The notes: generated by a model not told the origin, from the sequence alone. Shown: positions 30,060-40,779, numbered from the stretch's first letter. The stretch is 64,000 nt of DNA from a virus (IMGVR_UViG_3300025121_000014:64001-128000); one strand, 5' to 3'. A program made the numbers and translations.

Positions 30060-33000
30060 ATGAGTAAAATTTTAGAACTTTCAAGTAAATATATTTATAA
30101 TTCCATATTAGATAATAGTAATAGAATTGAAAAATTATATTCAAAATTAAATAATATTTATTTTGAACAAACAGGTTATACATCTAAACCTCAATATGAT
30201 AAAAAATTAGGAATTAATTTTGATAACGAAAACGGTTCTAGTACAATACATCTTATAAGTAATTATAACAGTACATTAAATTTATTAGATAATGATTTCC
30301 ATATAGAATTTTGGGTTAGAATTAATGAAACGTATGGTTATAATGTTTTATTTTCAAGGGTAAATTCTGGCTATACATCATATGCAATTATGTATATAGA
30401 TGAAATATTAGGATGGCCATCTAATTCATTAACATTAGCATTATCAAGTAATGGTTCAACATGGGATCAAAAAATCACATTAGAAAATATTAACAATTTT
30501 ATAACGTTTAAAAAAGAAACACATATCGCAATTTTTAGAAATGGTGATCAAATTAATATAACAATAAATGGTATTTTAAGAAAACAATATGATTTACCAA
30601 CTGACTATATAATTTATTCTAATATTAATGGAGTCCAATTTGCTAAATATGATACTGATGAATATGTAGAAAGCACTACGAAACCAAGAGGTAAATTATT
30701 AAATAATACTACCACATCATCTGGTGAAACATATGTAGTAAATGGTGATTCTTTTCCTCTTTATTCTACTTATGGTTCTATATATTCTCAATATCAGTAT
30801 GAATCAGATACAGAACAACGAACATGGTATGGTTTTATTACAAAAGGTGCAATTTGGGAATATAATATAACTACAAATACAGGAATTCTTTTTGATAATA
30901 CAACAACAGGAATAGGTGGAATTCATCAAGTAAATGGTGATCCATTACCAGATAAAAGTGTTTTGTCGTTTGCATATAACCATATTACAAAAAAATTATA
31001 TGTTGGTCAAACTTATACATTATGGGAATATGATTATATAACAAACACAGGATATATTATGGCATATAGTAATTTTTCAACACATTCATGGAAAGGTATT
31101 TCGATAGATACAGATATAAATAGATTGTATGGTTGTTATTATGGTGCAGGTCTTTTTATTTCAGGTGAAGGAATGCCAAAGTATTTTGATTTAAATATAT
31201 CTTATGATGTTAATAACATAGTAGTTAGTAGTGGTGATGTTTATACACCACATACAGCAAATCAAGTTAATTTTAATTATCAAAAATCTAAAATTGGAAC
31301 AACAAGTGCAGGAGAAAGTCCTGATTATGCTTGGTTATATGATATAGCAACAGAAAATGGTAAAAAATTAAATTATACAAATACAAATATAGGTGGAATT
31401 TATGAAGTAATTGGAGATCCAGCACCAAATACTGATGCAGAAAAATGTGATTGGTATATAGATTTATCCGGAAATTCTGTATTTATAGTTGGATATTGGG
31501 ATACAACTACAGGTGGTATATGGTTTTATAGTGAAATAAATAATACAGGAAAATTATATAATGTTATAAATACTTCACCTATTGGTGATTATGAAGTTAT
31601 AGGTGATCCACTACCTAATAATATAATTTATAATTTATCTGTTATAGATAATATCATATATGCAGGTACAAATTCTGGTATGTGGGTATATAATCCTAAT
31701 ACTAATATTGCTAAAACTTTTACAATAGTATCAACTGGAATAGGTGGTGATTATGAAGTTAATGGTGATGCATTGACATCTGATACAAATAAAGACACAT
31801 ATTTTACATATGTTTCTAAATTTGGTAATACTATTTATAAACCATTAGATACTGCCGATGGACTTTGGATTTATAAAGAATTTTCGGCTTCCTATTTAAA
31901 TGGAAATATTGATGATTTAATAATGTATAATGGAATTACAGGTTCAACTCCTTATAATTCATTAGGTTATAATTTAAACGATCAGATTTTTATACCAACA
32001 TTGAGATGTAATTCTTTACCATCAACATATAAACAAATTATACCTAATAATTTACAAAAGTATGTAACTTTTGCATTATCAAGTAAAAATATTAGTATAG
32101 AAGATGAAACAGGTAGTGTATTAAATTGGAATAGTTTAGTAGGTGATAAATATTTTGAACAAATAACATCATCAAATAGACCAGTTTTAGTACCGAATGA
32201 AGGTGTTACTTTTGGAGGAACAAATGATTATTTAGACGGCGGAAGTGGTTCAACTTATGATATAGGAACTGGTACATTTCATTTTGAATGTTGGGCTAAA
32301 TATAATACTGTTTCCACAGAAGGAACATTATTAAATATTAGTAACGGTGTTCACCCTTTAAGAGAATTTAATTTTGCTTTTAGAACTTATGGAATGAGAG
32401 TAGTTCAATCAAATAGTGTAGGAACATCAACGAATTTCATAGAATTATATATGTCATTAAGTGCAAGTACTTGGTATCATATTATATTAAGTAGAGATGA
32501 AGACGACAATCAATTTATTATAATTGATGGTATTTTAAGAAAAAAAGTACTAAATAATACATTTGTATTAGAAGGAACATATTTATGGTTAGGTTGGTTT
32601 AAAAGATTACAATCAGCAGATAGGAATTTAGATGGTAATATGGATAATATACAATTATTAAGTGTTAACAAATATAATGTTAGTAATAAAAATGAAGGTG
32701 ATAGAATATTTACACAATTACCTCAAAGACAAAGTGCTAAATCTATTAAATATGATCCATTTGTATTTAGTGTTAGTGTTACTGCTGGAAATATTTTCAC
32801 AATACCTATGGTTAATGGTTATGAATATGATTATAGTGTTGATTGGGGAGATGGAAATAAATCTTATGTTAAATCTTATAATGATTCAAATGCCGTTCAT
32901 ACATATACTTCAACTTCTTCTTTTGATATAAAAATAAATGGTACTTGTGAATATTTTTGTGTAAATAATATTTCAGCAATAGATACAAAAATAATAGAAA

Positions 33001-34697
33001 TTAAATCATGGGGCGATTTAGGATTTAAATTAATTAATTTTAACGGATGTTCTAATTTAACTACGCTACCATCAGGATCAACTGAACAAGGTAGATTAAC
33101 AGAAGTTGTTAGTTTTTACAGATTATTTTATTTTTGTACAAAATTAGAATCTATACCAAGTGGTATATTTGATGGGAATGTTAATGTTACTAATTTTTCA
33201 TATTCTTTTTATTATTGTACAAAATTAACAACAATACCAAGTAATTTATTTAAAGATAATATAAATGTTACAACATTTGAATATACATTTTATAATTGTA
33301 CAGCATTAACATTAATACCTAATGAATTATTTAATAATAATATCAGAATTACTAATTATAATAGAACATTTTATCAGTGTACAAACTTAGTAACATTGCC
33401 ATCCGAATTATTTAATACAAATGTGGTTACTTCATTTGATTATACATTTTATAGTTGTACAAAATTAGAAACAATTAATGGAAATATTTTCAATAGTTCT
33501 TTAGGTAGTAGTTTTTATCAAACATTTTATAATTGTCAATTATTATCATCAATACCAAGTGATTTATTTGGAATAAATACTAATGCAACTCAATTTTATA
33601 AAACATTTGAAAGATGTTATGCTTTAGCTACATTACCTAGTAGATTATTTAGTGATTGTACTAATATCAATAATTTTAGACAAACGTTTTATTATTGTAC
33701 ATCATTAACAACAATTTCAGATGATATATTTAGTGGGTGTACTAATGTAACTACATTTAATGCTACATTTCAAGATTGTACATCATTAATAACAATACCT
33801 ACTGATTTATTTAGTAGTAATACAAATGTTATAGCATTCGAGTATACATTTCAAAATTGTTCGTCATTAACAGAATTACCAATTGGATTATTTAGTAATA
33901 ATATTAATGTTGAACGTTTTGATAGTACATTTTATAATTGTACAGATTTAGCAACAATACATAGTGATTTATTTAGTGGATGTACTAATGTGACTGAAAT
34001 TATTTATGTATTTGATAGTTGTTCATCATTAACAACAATTCCAACTGATTTGTTTAGATATAATACATTAGTTTCAACTTTTAATAGTATATTTGAATAT
34101 TGTACATCATTAACAACAATTCCAACTGATTTGTTTAGATATAATATAAATGTTTCAGTTTATGGGTTTTATTATACATTTTATAATTGTACATCATTAA
34201 CAACAATTTCAACTGATTTGTTTAGATATAATATAAATGTTTCATATGATGGATTTTATTCAACATTTTATAATTGTACATCATTAACAACAATTCCAAC
34301 TGATTTGTTTAGATATAATACATTAGTATCAAATTGGGGATTTTATCGAACATTTTATAATTGTACATCATTAGAAACAATACCAACTGATTTATTTAGA
34401 TATAATACATCAGCATCGGATAGGTCGTTTTATCAAACGTTTTATAATTGTATAAAATTACAATTAAATAGAAATATATTTTATGCTGATGGTGATCAAA
34501 CAACAAGATTTTCTGGTTTAACAATTAGTTTTTATCAATGTTTTTATAGAACAACATTTACTGGAACACAGGGTGAAGCACCAGATTTATGGAATTGTAC
34601 TATTGGGACACCTACTAAAACACAATGTTTTGGAGGAGCGGGTAATTCATTAACTAGTTTAAGTAATTATGGTGATATTCCTATTGATTGGATTTAA
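30060..34697 (+). CDS. Multidomain adhesin-like protein (1545 aa): LamG with propeller-like insert, LamG, PKD-like, BspA-like LRR
   Basis: DFHIEFWVR and TFHFECWAK (LamG); YSVDWGDG; TFYNCTSLTTIPTDLFRYN repeats. Same chassis and linkers as 9169. Confidence 0.7.
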   Translation: MSKILELSSKYIYNSILDNSNRIEKLYSKLNNIYFEQTGYTSKPQYDKKLGINFDNENGSSTIHLISNYNSTLNLLDNDFHIEFWVRINETYGYNVLFSRVNSGYTSYAIMYIDEILGWPSNSLTLALSSNGSTWDQKITLENINNFITFKKETHIAIFRNGDQINITINGILRKQYDLPTDYIIYSNINGVQFAKYDTDEYVESTTKPRGKLLNNTTTSSGETYVVNGDSFPLYSTYGSIYSQYQYESDTEQRTWYGFITKGAIWEYNITTNTGILFDNTTTGIGGIHQVNGDPLPDKSVLSFAYNHITKKLYVGQTYTLWEYDYITNTGYIMAYSNFSTHSWKGISIDTDINRLYGCYYGAGLFISGEGMPKYFDLNISYDVNNIVVSSGDVYTPHTANQVNFNYQKSKIGTTSAGESPDYAWLYDIATENGKKLNYTNTNIGGIYEVIGDPAPNTDAEKCDWYIDLSGNSVFIVGYWDTTTGGIWFYSEINNTGKLYNVINTSPIGDYEVIGDPLPNNIIYNLSVIDNIIYAGTNSGMWVYNPNTNIAKTFTIVSTGIGGDYEVNGDALTSDTNKDTYFTYVSKFGNTIYKPLDTADGLWIYKEFSASYLNGNIDDLIMYNGITGSTPYNSLGYNLNDQIFIPTLRCNSLPSTYKQIIPNNLQKYVTFALSSKNISIEDETGSVLNWNSLVGDKYFEQITSSNRPVLVPNEGVTFGGTNDYLDGGSGSTYDIGTGTFHFECWAKYNTVSTEGTLLNISNGVHPLREFNFAFRTYGMRVVQSNSVGTSTNFIELYMSLSASTWYHIILSRDEDDNQFIIIDGILRKKVLNNTFVLEGTYLWLGWFKRLQSADRNLDGNMDNIQLLSVNKYNVSNKNEGDRIFTQLPQRQSAKSIKYDPFVFSVSVTAGNIFTIPMVNGYEYDYSVDWGDGNKSYVKSYNDSNAVHTYTSTSSFDIKINGTCEYFCVNNISAIDTKIIEIKSWGDLGFKLINFNGCSNLTTLPSGSTEQGRLTEVVSFYRLFYFCTKLESIPSGIFDGNVNVTNFSYSFYYCTKLTTIPSNLFKDNINVTTFEYTFYNCTALTLIPNELFNNNIRITNYNRTFYQCTNLVTLPSELFNTNVVTSFDYTFYSCTKLETINGNIFNSSLGSSFYQTFYNCQLLSSIPSDLFGINTNATQFYKTFERCYALATLPSRLFSDCTNINNFRQTFYYCTSLTTISDDIFSGCTNVTTFNATFQDCTSLITIPTDLFSSNTNVIAFEYTFQNCSSLTELPIGLFSNNINVERFDSTFYNCTDLATIHSDLFSGCTNVTEIIYVFDSCSSLTTIPTDLFRYNTLVSTFNSIFEYCTSLTTIPTDLFRYNINVSVYGFYYTFYNCTSLTTISTDLFRYNINVSYDGFYSTFYNCTSLTTIPTDLFRYNTLVSNWGFYRTFYNCTSLETIPTDLFRYNTSASDRSFYQTFYNCIKLQLNRNIFYADGDQTTRFSGLTISFYQCFYRTTFTGTQGEAPDLWNCTIGTPTKTQCFGGAGNSLTSLSNYGDIPIDWI
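34020..34448 (+). repeat. Near-identical tandem BspA-like LRR units (81 nt, then 4 x 87 nt)
   Basis: Cys codons at 34020, 34101, 34188, 34275, 34362 and 34449. Core tgt(a/t)catcatta...ccaactgattt(g/a)tttagatataat is conserved. Confidence 0.9.
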
Positions 34698-34782
34698 TTT
34701 CTAATTTAACATATTTTAGAATAAATACTTATATCTATGAAACAAAAAATTACTAATCAGTAATAGTTCAACTTTGGTTAAT

Positions 34783-34792
34783 TAATATATAA
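34783..34792 (+). promoter_or_regulatory. Candidate late promoter motif
   Basis: TAATATATAA, 23 nt before ATG 34816. Confidence 0.55.
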
Positions 34793-34815
34793 TATAAAAA
34801 TAATTATACCTACCA

Positions 34816-37800
34816 ATGACATATATTAAAGAAACCTATTATAACGTAGAAATTGAAAATTTATTTTATACTGTTAAAACTTTAACACCCGTAGATGATT
34901 CAACATTATCAATAACAAGTAGTTATATGATATTATCAGCAGAAACTGCAATAACATTAAATTCAACTACAAGTATATCTGATGGTTTATTTGAAGGACA
35001 AACAGTTACATTAAGAGGTAATAGTGATACTAATACAATAACAATAAATACTGGATCAAATACAAGATTAAACGGTAATATTACATTAGGAAATAATCAT
35101 ACAATATCATTACTTTATAATGGTATTATATGGGTAGAAACCGCTAGAAATAATTCAACAATCGGAGAATCTGGTAGTTCTGGTCATTTGGTTTTAGATG
35201 GAAGTGCAAATATATATTCAGATGGAACAGGTACAGCATCAAGTTTAAGCGGTGGTGCAAATAATATTTTTTTAGGAAATGATTCAGGTAATGCTGTAAC
35301 TATTGGTAGTAGAAATATATTTTTAGGATATCAATCAGGATATAAAAATACAGATAGTACTGATGATATAGGAATAGGTTATAGATCTGCTGGTTATTAT
35401 GCTACATATTCATCAACTAGTGAAAATGTATCTATTGGTAATTATGCAGGTAGTACATTAGGTGATGGTGTTTCAAATACATTTATAGGTGCTTGGGCAG
35501 GTTTCAATAGAAGTGTAGGTAATTATAATACATTTGTTGGTTATGGTGCGGGTAGTGGTGGTACTAGTGGAGATTATAATGTATTTATAGGATATTTATC
35601 TGGAAATTTAGAAACAATAGGTTCTAATAAACTTTTTATATCTAACTCAGATACATCTACTCCTTTAATTTATGGAGAATTTGATAATTCAATATTACAA
35701 TTTAATGGAACAGTTAAAGCTGAAAATATGGAACCTATTATAGATGATACATATACTCTAAGTACTAGTGTAACTATAACCGGAACAACTAATATAGAAA
35801 CTACTGATATAATAGATTGGGATTTAGATTGTACTGGACAAGGAAATCCAACTATAAGTGCGGGTCAATCATTTTTAACTTCTACTGGATTATCATTATC
35901 AGGTGTAAGTGTATATTTATCAACGGGTATAACTTGGGTAAGTGATGATAATATTCCAATTAGTGCTAAATTATATACTGTAGTAGATGGTGATCCTGTA
36001 ACATTACTTGCAACAAGTACAAATAGTGTGAGTAGTGATGATTTAAATATATCACCAACACAAACTACATTTTACTTTTCATCATATACATTATCAGGTG
36101 CAACTAATTATATTATTGATATTGAAGGTAATTTTACTGCACAATTAGGTGGATTTAAAGTATGGGGTAGTTCTACTAATACTTATGCTAATGGTTATGC
36201 TATTTCAACAGAGGGGGGTGGATATGTTACAAAAAATGATAATGATTTAGCATTTGATATTTTATTTTCAACAATAGAAACAATAGAAACAAGATGGAAA
36301 AGTTTAGAATTATCTAAACATATAAAAATAGGGACATCTGATGGTACTGCTACTGATGGTATGATTCGATATACTGGAACTGATTTTGAAGGATATGATA
36401 GTAGTACTTGGAAAAGTTTAACAGCAGGTATTACAGTTAGTAATCCATCAAATAATAGAATTCTAACATCTGATGGTACTTCTAATGGTATTAATGCAGA
36501 ATCTAATTTAACCTTTAATGGTTCAGTATTAAGTATAACAGGTAATACTATATTTGATGGAACTGTGGATAGATCTATTAAATTAGAAGATATATCAGGA
36601 AGTGCAAATAATTTATACATTTATGGTTCTAGTGGTTCTACTAATGGGGGATCTATTTTTTTAAGAGCTGGTGATGGTGTGTCAAGTTATGGTGGTAGTA
36701 TTTTTATACAAGCTGGTGATACAACTGCAACAACAAGTGGTGGTCACGTTTATATAGATGCTGGTAATACTAATAGTTCTGATTTATTAGGTGGTGTAGT
36801 AATAGGTAATAATAGTTTAGGTGATATAACAATTAAAATTCCATTATATATTCAAAATACTACTTATGCTAGAAATATTAATTCATCTACACATAATTAT
36901 TATGATTTAGGTAGTGGTTCTGGTATTATAACAACAACTTTATCATCTTCTTACGAAACTATGGATGATGGTGGTTGGGCAACATTAGCACAAATTTTTA
37001 CAGTTAAAAAAGCATTCAATTTAACAAGTGCAACTTTATTACTTAATAGAAATGTTGGATTATGGAATGGTGATTTAGTAGCTAAAATATACTCTGTTAC
37101 AGGTGGAACAAATGGAGAACCATTATCATTATTAGCAACAAGTACGAATACTGTTTCTATAGATAGTATAGAGTATGAACCAGATTCTGTAAATTTTACA
37201 TTTGCAAGTTATAATTTAAATAGTAGTACATATTATGCATTAGTATTAGATACACAATCATCTACGGCATTTTCTATAAATTGGTCAGGTGCAATTGGTG
37301 TTTATAATGATGGTATAGGTTTAAAATATGATGGTTCGTGGACTACATCTACAACAGATTTTAGTTTAAAATTAAATGAAACTGATACGTATTATTGGAA
37401 AGATTTATTTGTTCAAGGTGATGTAGATTTTGGAGGAAATGTTATAAGTTCTATAAATATGACAACAACTACTGGTGCATTAAAAGTATCTAATTTAACA
37501 AATACACAAGAAGAAGATTTAAGTGCAGCAAACGGTATGATTATTTATAATACTACAACTAATAAATTTAGAGGTCGTGTAAATGGTGTATGGTCAGATT
37601 TTACAACTTCTGGTGATACAGCACCAATTTCTTCTTCATATTGGGCATATACACCAGATTTATCATCTATTTATTTTTCTAATAATGTGGCTATTGGTAA
37701 AAATACAAACCCTACAACAAAATTAGATATAGTTGGTGATGTTCAATTAGATTATGTATCAGGTGGAGGTAGTCAAAGAACTATATCTATAAGTCAAAAT

Positions 37801-38709
37801 AGTGTAGCTGGTCAAAATGGAACTAATTTAAAATTATTATCTGGTAATGGTGTTGTTAATGGTGGTGCATTGTATATTGGATCAGGTAATTCTATTAGTG
37901 GAATCGGTGGTCATGTTTATATATATGGTGGTAGTACTACATCTGGAACGGAAGGTGATGTATATATAGGATATACTGGTTCAGTAGCAAATGGTAAAAC
38001 TTATGTACAAAATCCAATAATATTTTCATCAACAATTAATAGTGATATAACATTATCTGGTTCAACAAATAGTATTATAAGTGTAGTTACTGCGGGAAGT
38101 GGTGAAAATGGTAATGTTGGTTATAAATTAACTATACGATCAGGTGAAGGTTTTAATGATGGTGCAGATTTAAATTTATATGGTGGTTATGGTTATGCAA
38201 ATGGTGGCGATGTATATATTAGTGGGGGTAAATATAATTCTACAACTACTCTTTATGAAGGTAATGTTATTATAGGACAATACGGTTCTAGTGGTGCAAT
38301 TGTAGGCGAAACTAATATTAAAAATAATTTAATAGTTGATGGTACTTCTCAATTTTATGATGATGTTATTTTTTCTAAAAATGTTAGAGTATATGGTCAA
38401 TCATGGACTGAAATATATACATTAACATCATCAGCAAATATACAAACCGATTGTGATAATAGTAACGTATTTAAATTGAGTTTAGCTCATAACGCAACTT
38501 TAAAAAATCCATTAAATCTTAAAGCAGGTGCAACGTATTTATGGATTATTACTAATACAGGTAATTATGATTTAACTTATGAAGGATATTTTAAATTCCC
38601 AAACGGATATAACACAGATTTAACATTTAATACTGTATGTATATTGACAGGTATATGTGAATCATCAACAGGACCGATATATAGTAATTTAACACAAAAT
38701 TTAATATAA
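34816..38709 (+). CDS. Fibre protein (1297 aa) with beta-roll repeats, two inserted beta-sandwich domains and module X
   Basis: N..IGY.AG repeats plus LIYGEFD; two ...AQ/GQ.F....AKLY.V..G.P..LLATS domains; G.I.I..G repeats; C-terminus TDCDNSNVFKLSLAHNATLKNP. Confidence 0.7.
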   Translation: MTYIKETYYNVEIENLFYTVKTLTPVDDSTLSITSSYMILSAETAITLNSTTSISDGLFEGQTVTLRGNSDTNTITINTGSNTRLNGNITLGNNHTISLLYNGIIWVETARNNSTIGESGSSGHLVLDGSANIYSDGTGTASSLSGGANNIFLGNDSGNAVTIGSRNIFLGYQSGYKNTDSTDDIGIGYRSAGYYATYSSTSENVSIGNYAGSTLGDGVSNTFIGAWAGFNRSVGNYNTFVGYGAGSGGTSGDYNVFIGYLSGNLETIGSNKLFISNSDTSTPLIYGEFDNSILQFNGTVKAENMEPIIDDTYTLSTSVTITGTTNIETTDIIDWDLDCTGQGNPTISAGQSFLTSTGLSLSGVSVYLSTGITWVSDDNIPISAKLYTVVDGDPVTLLATSTNSVSSDDLNISPTQTTFYFSSYTLSGATNYIIDIEGNFTAQLGGFKVWGSSTNTYANGYAISTEGGGYVTKNDNDLAFDILFSTIETIETRWKSLELSKHIKIGTSDGTATDGMIRYTGTDFEGYDSSTWKSLTAGITVSNPSNNRILTSDGTSNGINAESNLTFNGSVLSITGNTIFDGTVDRSIKLEDISGSANNLYIYGSSGSTNGGSIFLRAGDGVSSYGGSIFIQAGDTTATTSGGHVYIDAGNTNSSDLLGGVVIGNNSLGDITIKIPLYIQNTTYARNINSSTHNYYDLGSGSGIITTTLSSSYETMDDGGWATLAQIFTVKKAFNLTSATLLLNRNVGLWNGDLVAKIYSVTGGTNGEPLSLLATSTNTVSIDSIEYEPDSVNFTFASYNLNSSTYYALVLDTQSSTAFSINWSGAIGVYNDGIGLKYDGSWTTSTTDFSLKLNETDTYYWKDLFVQGDVDFGGNVISSINMTTTTGALKVSNLTNTQEEDLSAANGMIIYNTTTNKFRGRVNGVWSDFTTSGDTAPISSSYWAYTPDLSSIYFSNNVAIGKNTNPTTKLDIVGDVQLDYVSGGGSQRTISISQNSVAGQNGTNLKLLSGNGVVNGGALYIGSGNSISGIGGHVYIYGGSTTSGTEGDVYIGYTGSVANGKTYVQNPIIFSSTINSDITLSGSTNSIISVVTAGSGENGNVGYKLTIRSGEGFNDGADLNLYGGYGYANGGDVYISGGKYNSTTTLYEGNVIIGQYGSSGAIVGETNIKNNLIVDGTSQFYDDVIFSKNVRVYGQSWTEIYTLTSSANIQTDCDNSNVFKLSLAHNATLKNPLNLKAGATYLWIITNTGNYDLTYEGYFKFPNGYNTDLTFNTVCILTGICESSTGPIYSNLTQNLI

Positions 38710-38712
38710 AAA

Positions 38713-40050
38713 ATGATAAGTATACCAACAACACTTTTTATAGGTAATAATAAAGAATTAACAACTTCTTTTAGTTTTTATACATCATCTAAATCTATAA
38801 TTTATCCTACAATAACGACTAGTGATAATAGTGCTGATTATGCTTCTTGGGAAGTAGGTAATTATGATTATTATACTGGTAGTAGTCCATCTATTGATTT
38901 ATCATCATTTACTGATAGTTGGGTTTATATAAAAGTTTATACATACGATCCAACAAAAATTACTCACTTATACATAAGTAGTTGTAAATTAATACATACT
39001 TTATACATAAATTATTTGAATGGTTTATTATATTTAAATGCATCATCAAATCCAACATTATATAGTATAACTATGCCTACTAATAATTTAGAAATAACAA
39101 CTGGTATGTATATTTCTGATTGTACAACATTACAAACGTTAGATTTTACTGGATTTTCAAATTTAGCTGGTATAATATTTATACGTGGTTGTTCTTCATT
39201 AACAACTGTAAAATTAACAACATCTAATCAACTTATAACATCGTTTAATGCCGAAAATTGTAATTTAACAGATACATTATATTTATCATTTCTTACAGGT
39301 CTATCTGGTGATATAATATTAGATTTTAATTATAATTTAGATTTTTTAATATTACCTGCTAGTTCACAAGAAGTAACTTATTTTAGTGCTGATAATTGTT
39401 ATAATTTAAAACTGCTTAGTGCTGGTTCAATGACTAATATGAAAACATATTTTTCTGTAAACAATGCTAATTCTTTATATTATTTTTCTCCGCCAGTTAC
39501 AAGTAATAGATTTAGTACTTTTAGACTTAGTGGTACAGTTTTATCTGGAATAATAGATTTAAGTAATATGGGTACTTTCGAAGGTGATATTATTATGAAT
39601 AGTAATATTAATGTTACTAATGTTACATTTCCAACAATTTCAAATAACGGAACATTAGGTAAATTTTATTTACATTATTGTAATTTAGGTTCTACATTTG
39701 AAATACCTTTTGAGTGTGGTTATAATACTGATATTAAATTAGATGATAATTCAAATTTACAACATGTAGATTTACCAGTAACATCAGAATTTTGGAAATT
39801 TAGTATAAGTAATTGTGATTTAGAATTAATAGAATGGAATGTTAAATTTACATCTACTGATAATAATTATTGTAAAGTAGTAATTCAAGGAAATGGTATG
39901 GACGGTGCTTTAATTGGATTAAATTATAAATATTTATATGATACTGGTTGGTGGTATGGTGAATTATGGGTTGATTCTACTTTAAATTCAGATGCAATAT
40001 ATTATAAAGGAAAGTTAAAATATAGAGGTTGGACTATATACACTATTTAG
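38713..40050 (+). CDS. Stand-alone capped LRR module protein (445 aa)
   Basis: Same lead-in (SFSFYTS...PTITT...W), LRR and cap (CDLELIEW...DTGW...RGWTIY) as the five modules inside 9169. Starts 3 nt after the 38709 stop. Confidence 0.7.
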   Translation: MISIPTTLFIGNNKELTTSFSFYTSSKSIIYPTITTSDNSADYASWEVGNYDYYTGSSPSIDLSSFTDSWVYIKVYTYDPTKITHLYISSCKLIHTLYINYLNGLLYLNASSNPTLYSITMPTNNLEITTGMYISDCTTLQTLDFTGFSNLAGIIFIRGCSSLTTVKLTTSNQLITSFNAENCNLTDTLYLSFLTGLSGDIILDFNYNLDFLILPASSQEVTYFSADNCYNLKLLSAGSMTNMKTYFSVNNANSLYYFSPPVTSNRFSTFRLSGTVLSGIIDLSNMGTFEGDIIMNSNINVTNVTFPTISNNGTLGKFYLHYCNLGSTFEIPFECGYNTDIKLDDNSNLQHVDLPVTSEFWKFSISNCDLELIEWNVKFTSTDNNYCKVVIQGNGMDGALIGLNYKYLYDTGWWYGELWVDSTLNSDAIYYKGKLKYRGWTIYTI

Positions 40051-40394
40051 TAGAAAGACATATCACCACTCCAAGAACTTTGAGTTGGTATTGAATCCCC
40101 AACATATGGTCTAATTGTCGGATTTACTGTCGGATCTAATCCTGTATCATCACTAACACCCGTATAACCACCTACTATATCTTGTAAAGTTATTGCATGA
40201 TTAGGCGCATTAAATAAATGAGAACCTTCAATATTATGTGAAACTATAAAATTATTTATAGATAATTTCTTAACTATTTTTACAGGTACTATATCACCTG
40301 TTATATCATATCTTATAAATACTTTATCTCCAACTGAATAACTTTTTGTATTTTGATATTTTTCTGTTATATATTCTATAAATTTTGTTATCAT
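40047..40394 (-). CDS. Hypothetical protein with T4 CTS-like N-terminus; possible SH3-like fold
   Basis: MITKFIEYITE...; YSVGDKVFIRY. Stop overlaps the convergent gene by TTAG. Confidence 0.6.
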   Translation of the reverse strand: MITKFIEYITEKYQNTKSYSVGDKVFIRYDITGDIVPVKIVKKLSINNFIVSHNIEGSHLFNAPNHAITLQDIVGGYTGVSDDTGLDPTVNPTIRPYVGDSIPTQSSWSGDMSFY

Positions 40395-40397
40395 AAT

Positions 40398-40712
40398 TTA
40401 TTTTGTTTTTATTAATATGTCTGATTTATCTGCAATATCATATATCGATTCATAAACTGGTAATAATTCTTTCTGTTCTTTTTTTTCTTTCATTTTATTT
40501 AATAATGGAATTAAATCATTTAAAATATTATTACCTAATTTAGCAATATTATTTTTATTTTGTACTAACCGATTATAATATTCAATATTAAATTGTTCTA
40601 AGGTTGTTTCCTTATTAACATATTTATTCCAAATATCTGATACATTAATAGTTAATTTCCAATCATCAGAACCGTAAAAGTCTTCCATTTCATTAAAATG
40701 ATAAATTTTCAT
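40398..40712 (-). CDS. Hypothetical protein (104 aa)
   Basis: Track ORF, co-oriented with 40394 (3-nt gap); N-terminus MKIYHFNEME. Confidence 0.6.
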   Translation of the reverse strand: MKIYHFNEMEDFYGSDDWKLTINVSDIWNKYVNKETTLEQFNIEYYNRLVQNKNNIAKLGNNILNDLIPLLNKMKEKKEQKELLPVYESIYDIADKSDILIKTK

Positions 40713-40769
40713 TTATTTATTTTTTATTTTTTTGTATTTATTATAAATTATTATGTTGTTTGTCATACT

Positions 40770-40779
40770 CTATATATTA
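40770..40779 (-). promoter_or_regulatory. Candidate late promoter motif for the minus-strand pair
   Basis: Minus strand TAATATATAG, divergent from the 40805 motif. Confidence 0.45.

Noticed and set aside
18741-32931. Alternative-frame ORFs 18741-18938 and 32662-32931
   Set aside because: Nested in larger genes; L/I/V/M-rich composition typical of an off-frame reading of AT-rich codons.
11926-34448. CRISPR array in the tandem repeats
   Set aside because: Units are 81-138 nt, in-frame LRR-coding, with no unique spacers and no cas genes.
2004-36620. Antisense track ORFs within fibre genes (2004-2450, 5816-6007, 10818-11084, 11295-11495, 13392-13658, 27108-27293, 36195-36620)
   Set aside because: Shadow frames of long, repeat-rich plus-strand genes with codon patterns mirroring them.
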